Positions 26,816-32,000 of a stretch of DNA of 32,000 nucleotides are shown here, piece by piece (the stretch's first letter is position 1; each line of letters opens with the position of its first letter). This stretch comes from Candidatus Syntropharchaeum caldarium. Lineage in GTDB: Archaea; Halobacteriota; Syntropharchaeia; Syntropharchaeales; Syntropharchaeaceae. Both the position numbers and the translations under genes were made by a program. The notes beneath the pieces are model-generated. The model was not told where the DNA came from, searched no databases, and saw only the letters and a program-made list of their open reading frames with translations. The stretch covers positions 150,001 through 182,000 of the forward strand of contig LYOS01000001.1 of NCBI GenBank assembly GCA_001766815.1. The letters run 5' to 3'.

Positions 26816-27400
26816 ATGTCGAGATCACGCGTGGTTCAATGCGCAGAGGCGATCGTTGATATAAGGCAGGATAAGGTTTACAAACGGAGAATACCGAAAA
26901 GCTATCGTATAAAAGAGCTTGATGAGCGTATCAGGCGTGAGCGGACAAAATTTGAGGCAAAAATAATGAAAGAGGCGCGAAAACTCGGTGTACCAACTCC
27001 AATTGTGCTTGACTGCTGGCATACCACGATAACAATGGAGTACATCGACGGCACACCACTCAAAGATTGCATCTCTGAAGAATACTGCAAAAGGGCAGGC
27101 GAACTTGTTGGACGACTCCATTCAGGCGAGATTATACACGGAGACCTTACAACATCGAACATGATCGTTACAGAGGGTGACAGGTTATATTTAATCGACT
27201 TTGGGCTTTCATTTTATGAGCAAACGATCGAGGCAAGGGGTGTTGATCTCCACGTCTTTTTCCAGACACTCCGGGGCAGCCATGAGGGGTATGATGACCT
27301 GATCAGTGCATTTAAGAGAGGATACCAGGCAAGTTTCGATCAGGCTGAGTCTGTACTTGCACGTGTAGCCGAAATTGAGTTGAGAGGACGATATAAATAG
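26816..27400 (+). CDS. bud32: Bud32 (KEOPS complex) atypical kinase/ATPase
   Basis: IHGDLTTSNMIV and YLIDFGLS motifs. The size is ~194 aa from the ATG at 26816, 1 nt after the gatB stop. The ORF-track start at 26756 overlaps gatB. Confidence 0.88.
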   Translation: MSRSRVVQCAEAIVDIRQDKVYKRRIPKSYRIKELDERIRRERTKFEAKIMKEARKLGVPTPIVLDCWHTTITMEYIDGTPLKDCISEEYCKRAGELVGRLHSGEIIHGDLTTSNMIVTEGDRLYLIDFGLSFYEQTIEARGVDLHVFFQTLRGSHEGYDDLISAFKRGYQASFDQAESVLARVAEIELRGRYK

Positions 27401-27410
27401 AAACCTCTAT

Positions 27411-27869
27411 CTATCTTGTTATCAGCATCTCAGCAGTAGCAGGGCTGTATGACCAGTCCGCTGGCAGCACCTTCTCTCTTCGATAGTATTTTACCAGTCT
27501 TCGGATCTTTGACTCAATCAGATTCAGCGCCCTTTTATTATGGAGATCTTTTTTATTATTCTCTATATGCTTTCTGAGACGAAGTGCTTTTATAATAAGA
27601 TTTTCAAGGTCTTCAGGTACTTTTATTGGAGTTCCCTGCTCTTCAAGTATCTTTGAGATTTTTTTGCCTGTCACAAGCTTTGTTGAAGGAATTCCATACT
27701 TATCCCGCAGTATCATGCCGATTTCGCTCGTTGAGTAACCCTGGCTGTAGAGTTTGGCTACCTCTTCTTCAACGTTCTGCGAACTCATATTGACCCATTC
27801 AGGGATCTCCTTACGATATAGTTTTGTTGATCCTGATTTACCTTTTCGTCTGGCGTACATTCTTGCCAT
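27411..27869 (-). CDS. rps15: 30S ribosomal protein S15 (uS15, S13e-type)
   Basis: [16 protein letters not shown]...[18 protein letters not shown]...[21 protein letters not shown]. Confidence 0.95.
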   Translation of the reverse strand: MARMYARRKGKSGSTKLYRKEIPEWVNMSSQNVEEEVAKLYSQGYSTSEIGMILRDKYGIPSTKLVTGKKISKILEEQGTPIKVPEDLENLIIKALRLRKHIENNKKDLHNKRALNLIESKIRRLVKYYRREKVLPADWSYSPATAEMLITR

Positions 27870-27901
27870 TACGTTTCACCGTTCATTCTTAATAGCAGGG
27901 G

Positions 27902-27910
27902 GTATTTAAA
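27902..27910 (-). promoter_or_regulatory. TATA box (TTTAAATAC on the minus strand) upstream of rps15
   Basis: It is ~37 nt upstream of the rps15 ATG, with GGTGA close to the ATG. It shares the TTAAATACC core with the tRNA-Ser promoter. Confidence 0.4.
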
Positions 27911-27939
27911 GTTTGAGTTGCATCCAACCTTACCCCTGA

Positions 27940-28011
27940 TGCGCCGACCGGGATTCGAACCCGAGTTTGAGGCTTGGCAAGCCTCGGTGATAACCGCTAC
28001 ACTATCGGCGC
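27940..28011 (-). tRNA. tRNA-Gly(GCC)
   Basis: GCGCCGATAGTGTAGCGGTTATCACCGAGGCTTGCCAAGCCTCAAACTCGGGTTCGAATCCCGGTCGGCGCA. Acceptor stem GCGCCGA/TCGGCGC. Anticodon stem GAGGC/GCCTC with loop TTGCCAA. T loop TTCGAAT. 72 nt, no intron and no encoded CCA. Confidence 0.93.
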
Positions 28012-28034
28012 AGACGATCTTTAATACCATAGTG

Positions 28035-28044
28035 TAATATATAA
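28035..28044. promoter_or_regulatory. Bidirectional TATA element TAATATATAA between tRNA-Gly and pyrH
   Basis: It is centred ~28 nt from the tRNA-Gly 5' end (28011), the same spacing as at tRNA-Ser. It is ~32 nt from the pyrH ATG (28072). Confidence 0.5.
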
Positions 28045-28071
28045 CCCTAACGATTACATGCTGGGGAAGAT

Positions 28072-28746
28072 ATGAAGATTGTTGTATCAATCGGAGGTTC
28101 AGTGCTGATATCAGATAGCGACCCCGATCGAATAAAGGCCTTTGCGTCAGTTCTAAGGGAAATTGCCACCTCTAACCATGTTTTTGTTGTAACGGGTGGT
28201 GGAGAAACAGCAAGAAAATATATCAAACTTGGGAGAGGACTTGGCGCAAACGAAGGAATCTGTGATCGGATCGGGATAGATGTGACACGGCTCAACGCAT
28301 ACATTTTGATCCTTGCACTGGGAAGTTTCGCATATCCTGAGGTCATTACCACATACAGGGACGCCCTCGTCGCAGGTGAGCATGGGATTGTTGTGATGGG
28401 CGGTGTGAGTCCTGGTTATACGACTGATGCGGTATCTGCGATCCTTGCTGAGTATGTGGGCGCAGATCTTCTGATAAATGCGACATCGGTGGACGGTGTG
28501 TACAGCAGTGATCCAAAGATAAATCCTGATTCGAAACGATACGAGCAGATGAGCGCCTATGAGCTTGTGGAGGTTGTACTTTCCACGAAACTCCATGCAG
28601 GCTCAACATCTGTGATAGATCCTGTAGGGGCAAAGGTGATCGAGCGATCGGGGATCAGAACGATCGTCCTCAACGGCAGCGATCCATCAAACATCCTCAA
28701 AGCAGTGCGGGGCGAGAAGATCGGAACAGAGATTCTGAGTGATTAG
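28072..28746 (+). CDS. pyrH: UMP kinase (archaeal type)
   Basis: MKIVVSIGGSVL N-terminus, VVTGGGETARKYI, GGVSPGYTTDAVSA. 224 aa. Confidence 0.93.
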   Translation: MKIVVSIGGSVLISDSDPDRIKAFASVLREIATSNHVFVVTGGGETARKYIKLGRGLGANEGICDRIGIDVTRLNAYILILALGSFAYPEVITTYRDALVAGEHGIVVMGGVSPGYTTDAVSAILAEYVGADLLINATSVDGVYSSDPKINPDSKRYEQMSAYELVEVVLSTKLHAGSTSVIDPVGAKVIERSGIRTIVLNGSDPSNILKAVRGEKIGTEILSD

Positions 28747-30200
28747 ATCTGCTTTAAAACATCGCTGATTTTATCGATGATGTCAGTTGCCAGAAGTCCA
28801 TATCCCCGTTCCCTGAACGCAAGATCACCCGCTGCACCAGAGAGAAATGCGGCTGCAGATGCCACTGCGACCGGGTCATCGCAGATCGCATAGAAAGCAC
28901 CAGCAATTCCTGAAAGTACATCCCCGCTCCCACCAACCGTCATACCAGCGTTCCCGGTCCTGTTTATCCTTAAATTATTTCCATCACTGATCAGATCCTC
29001 AGCGCCTTTCATGAGCACTGTGAACCCGTTCTTCTTTGAAAACTCCATTACAAAAGTCTCGGGATCTCCTGTGATCTCAACCCCCATCTTGGCAAACTCA
29101 CCACGATGCGGAGTTATGATAAGATCCTCTTTTTGTGAAGGTAGATCAAGTGCGTAGAGACCATCTGCATCAAGAACAAGCTTTTTTGAGGTTTTAATAA
29201 CAGATCGCATAAGTTCAAGCGTCTCATCTGCATCGCCTGCGCCCATTCCAATCACAGTGACATCGTGACGCCCCATGAGGTTCTGTATGCATTCGAGGTC
29301 ATCTGGACAGAGAATATCAGAGGAAAGTGGTTCAACGATGAGGTTCGGCGAGAATGTGGCTGCCGTCGCTGCAGCAGATCTGGGAAGGGCAAGCGTTACC
29401 CAGTCAGCACCACTTCTGAGTGCGGCCATGGCAGATAAGACGGGTGCACCTGTAAACGGCCCCCCTCCAACGATCAAAACTCTGCCGTTATCTCCTTTGT
29501 GACTCGTCTTCTCCCGTTTTAGAAGTGCTTCAAGATCGCCTGGACCAGTTAAGATCTCAAAGAGCGAGGGGATTCCGATATCACCCACTTCTATCTCACC
29601 GGTATAAGCAGCCGCAGCATCAAGCAGCATCCCCGTCTTTGGGCGATGGAATGTAACGGTGAGGTCTGCACAAACCGCGAGATCGGCTTCAGCAGTTTCT
29701 GGATCTAAACCAGAGGGGATATCCACGGCAATTTTAAACGCATTTGATCTATTTATAAGCTCTATAAGCCCTCTTTCTGGTTCTTTTATACTACCAGTGA
29801 CGCCTGTACCGAAGATCGCATCAATAACAATCTCTGCATCATCCAGCGCATCACGCACAACTTTCATGGCTGAAGAATCTCTAATCTCTGTTAGTCTGAA
29901 GTTACTTGCTTTGAGTATCTCCCAGTTTGTACGCGCTTCTGCTGTTCTGATCTCCTCAAACCGTCCTGCAAGGAAGATCTCAACTTCGAACCCTTTGAGA
30001 TGTCGGGCCGCAACAAAAGCATCCCCACCGTTGTTTCCTCTACCAGCGATGATCACGATTTTACCGCGCTCAAATCTTGATCTTATCGCGTGGGCAATTG
30101 AAGCTCCTGCGTTCTCCATCAATTGAAGTGTTGAAAGTCCGTGATATGCAGCGTTCCTATCAATCCTTTTCATATCAAGCGGTCTCATTGGTGATCTCAT
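28743..30200 (-). CDS. nnr: Bifunctional NAD(P)H-hydrate repair enzyme (YjeF-N epimerase / YjeF-C dehydratase)
   Basis: N-domain motif AGRGNNGGDAFVAARHL. C-domain motifs HKGDNGRVLIVGG and GGSGDVLSG. It overlaps the pyrH 3' end by 4 nt in convergent orientation. Confidence 0.9.
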   Translation of the reverse strand: MRSPMRPLDMKRIDRNAAYHGLSTLQLMENAGASIAHAIRSRFERGKIVIIAGRGNNGGDAFVAARHLKGFEVEIFLAGRFEEIRTAEARTNWEILKASNFRLTEIRDSSAMKVVRDALDDAEIVIDAIFGTGVTGSIKEPERGLIELINRSNAFKIAVDIPSGLDPETAEADLAVCADLTVTFHRPKTGMLLDAAAAYTGEIEVGDIGIPSLFEILTGPGDLEALLKREKTSHKGDNGRVLIVGGGPFTGAPVLSAMAALRSGADWVTLALPRSAAATAATFSPNLIVEPLSSDILCPDDLECIQNLMGRHDVTVIGMGAGDADETLELMRSVIKTSKKLVLDADGLYALDLPSQKEDLIITPHRGEFAKMGVEITGDPETFVMEFSKKNGFTVLMKGAEDLISDGNNLRINRTGNAGMTVGGSGDVLSGIAGAFYAICDDPVAVASAAAFLSGAAGDLAFRERGYGLLATDIIDKISDVLKQI

Positions 30201-30294
30201 CTGAATCCCTCGGCAAAGATATGAGTTTATAATTTATATCGTTATAAGCGATTTAAGATAAAGATGTCGAGGGTACCATGACGCCCTGCTTGAT

Positions 30295-30675
30295 TTACAG
30301 AAGCTTCAATTTACCTGTGATCTTATCAAGAATCTCCTGTTTATCGGGACCAAGTCCAAGTGCCGTAACTGTGCCAGGTGGAATCTCTGTTAAACCTGCA
30401 TCCACGACAAGTGCCGAGGCAACCCCAAGCTTATCTGCCTGCTCCTTCAGTAAATAAAGCTCTTTTACGCCAGGCACAGCAAGCGCAACTTTTTTCTGCC
30501 CCTCTTGCATCCATTTCTTTCTTAAAGACTTTGGTGCACGCTCATAAGCAAGTATCGAAGCATGTGATGCCTGAACGGCAGTTTTACCCTTTGAGAGCTT
30601 GAGATCGGTGCGTATAACGAGGCACTGCTTGTAGTCAAAAGACCTTTTATCCCTGAATCTTTCGAAAAACGTCAT
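30295..30675 (-). CDS. pth: Peptidyl-tRNA hydrolase, archaeal Pth2 type
   Basis: KQCLVIRTDLKLSKGKTAVQASHAS...VVDAGLTEIPPGTVTALGLGP. Confidence 0.92.
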   Translation of the reverse strand: MTFFERFRDKRSFDYKQCLVIRTDLKLSKGKTAVQASHASILAYERAPKSLRKKWMQEGQKKVALAVPGVKELYLLKEQADKLGVASALVVDAGLTEIPPGTVTALGLGPDKQEILDKITGKLKLL

Positions 30676-30679
30676 CGTT

Positions 30680-31507
30680 TTACCCTTTGAGAATCCTCAA
30701 TATTTGATCATGAGTCTCCTCATCGCGTGCACCGACAAAAGATATCCCTTTGACATCAGCAAGCGCACGGATTGGCTCACCTGCTGTATCTGTCAGGATC
30801 CCGCCGGCTTCTTTCAGTATGAGCGATGACGCCATGATGTCATATCCATTCATGACATCACGCACCTCGATGATCCCGTCGAGCGCTCCCTGAGCGAGAA
30901 GACACATCTCGATCGCTATGCTCCCGAGTACCCGTATGATATTTCGTCCCCCAAACTCTAAAATCCCGTGGGGAAGCTGGTTTACCCCATAGCTGTAGAT
31001 GCAAAAGATCTGCTTTTTCCTTCGATCACGCTCGATATGCCCAACATCGATCTTCTTATCATCCAGAAACGCACCCTCTCCCCGCACAGCATGATACGTC
31101 CGCCCGTATGCAGTTTTTACAATCCCGATCGTGATATCATCAAACCCAACATCTTTGACCTTTGGTGCATAGGCGATCGATGTGCAGAAGAAAGGAATCC
31201 CACGAGATGCATTTGTAGAGCCATCAACAGGATCGAACACAAGCGTAAATGCTGGATCTTCTCCTGACGGAATAACTCTATCTCCAAGTTCTTCAGAGAT
31301 TATCCGCGCAGAAAGATCATGTTCAAGCAGATAAGCCTCAAGCGTATCCTCTGCGACCATATCGAGCTTTCTTGTAACGTCTCGACTCTTCTCCATAACG
31401 ATCTTATCGAAATCATCCGAGTGCAGAATACAATCAGTAACATTTGAAATGACCGCATCTGCAAGTTTGAGGAGGATTTCACGCATCTCACCTGCTGGTT
31501 TCATCAT
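30680..31507 (-). CDS. suhB: Inositol-monophosphatase family protein (archaeal IMPase/FBPase type)
   Basis: Metal-binding motifs EELG and DPVDGSTNA, plus the C-terminal GYDIMASSLILKEAGG motif. Confidence 0.85.
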   Translation of the reverse strand: MMKPAGEMREILLKLADAVISNVTDCILHSDDFDKIVMEKSRDVTRKLDMVAEDTLEAYLLEHDLSARIISEELGDRVIPSGEDPAFTLVFDPVDGSTNASRGIPFFCTSIAYAPKVKDVGFDDITIGIVKTAYGRTYHAVRGEGAFLDDKKIDVGHIERDRRKKQIFCIYSYGVNQLPHGILEFGGRNIIRVLGSIAIEMCLLAQGALDGIIEVRDVMNGYDIMASSLILKEAGGILTDTAGEPIRALADVKGISFVGARDEETHDQILRILKG

Positions 31508-32000
31508 TGAATCTCCTTAATCATAAAAGCGCCCCGTGTCTCATAACCTTTTCTTTTATAATATCCCCTGACTCCTATACCGCTCATCACAGCAATCCTT
31601 GAGAATCCGTGATCCGAAGCCACCTGTTCTGCTTTGGCAAGGAGCCACTCACCATAACCTCTGTGCTGCCATCCAGCCACCCCGGTATTCTCAAATGGTG
31701 CGATTGGACCATATACATGGAGTTCTCGGATGAGTGCTGCCCCATCAAGTTCGTTCATAAAAGGATCTTCAGGGAATCGCAGGCGCAGGAACGCAACAAG
31801 CGCATCATCCGCTACGGCATCGATCGATATGAAATTCTCAACTCCACCTGCACACGCATACTGTTCGATCTTGAGTGCAAGATCTCCTGTTTCAAATGCC
31901 ACCTCTTCGAGCATACGGTGACCGACCTCTCTGCAGCGGATACATCTGCATCGTTTCCCAGCTTTTTCCATCAGATTTCTTGCGATCTGCCTCAGGTTGC
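31504..32000 (-). CDS. elp3: Elp3-type radical-SAM/GNAT tRNA-modification enzyme, C-terminal part (5' end lies outside the window)
   Basis: The frame is open to the window edge (NLRQIARNLMEKAGKRCRCIRCREVG...). The C-terminal GNAT fold includes QHRGYGEWLLAKAE. The stop overlaps the suhB-like start (ATGATGA). Confidence 0.85.
   Translation of the reverse strand, partial: NLRQIARNLMEKAGKRCRCIRCREVGHRMLEEVAFETGDLALKIEQYACAGGVENFISIDAVADDALVAFLRLRFPEDPFMNELDGAALIRELHVYGPIAPFENTGVAGWQHRGYGEWLLAKAEQVASDHGFSRIAVMSGIGVRGYYKRKGYETRGAFMIKEIQ

Noticed and set aside
27869-28090. A 73-aa minus-strand ORF upstream of rps15.
   Set aside because: It spans the tRNA-Gly(GCC) gene and the promoter spacer. It has no coding-like composition and is explained by the tRNA.
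1-32000. CRISPR arrays, rRNA genes, transposases/integrases, or prophage or genomic-island boundaries at the two tRNA genes.
   Set aside because: There are no spaced direct repeats, no rRNA-like sequence, no recombinase-like ORFs and no tRNA-fragment direct repeats. Both tRNAs sit among housekeeping genes.

Overview
Archaeal chromosomal window, euryarchaeal and methanogen/ANME-like. Lineage markers are EF-1alpha, the PolD small subunit, the F420 gene cofC, Pth2, Elp3, Bud32, an intron-containing tRNA, and TATA-box promoters that are often leaderless. The window has two parts. Part 1 (nt 1-8570) is an accessory cell-surface locus. It holds the 3' end of a CARDB / 2x cohesin / dockerin protein. 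Eight nt downstream is a 1966-aa secreted, C-terminally anchored mosaic protein with about 7 CARDB modules, a NosD-like beta-helix, a prenyltransferase-like alpha/alpha toroid, an Ig-like module, a PQQ-like beta-propeller, a PT/Gly linker, and a TM helix with an RRRRR tail. The locus also contains two small ATGA-coupled RHH-like genes and a MotA/TolQ/ExbB-type plus ExbD-like gene pair. The ExbD-like subunit keeps the protonatable TM aspartate. This pair, next to the giant anchored protein in an organism with no outer membrane, is my best candidate for an undescribed system. Part 2 (nt 8750-32000) is dense housekeeping: a TrkA-N/DHH/DHHA1 phosphoesterase, the tuf-rps10-cofC-polB(DP1) cluster, a Mut7-C nuclease-like fusion, truD, tRNA-Ser(GGA) with a 35-nt intron, carB-carA, a TorD-like chaperone, a NitT/TauT-type ABC transporter with a divergent HTH regulator, a membrane protein, gatB, bud32, rps15, tRNA-Gly(GCC), pyrH, nnr, pth, an IMPase/FBPase, and the 3' part of elp3. 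I saw no CRISPR array, rRNA, transposase or integrase. All calls come from reading the translations and DNA by eye. No database search was run.
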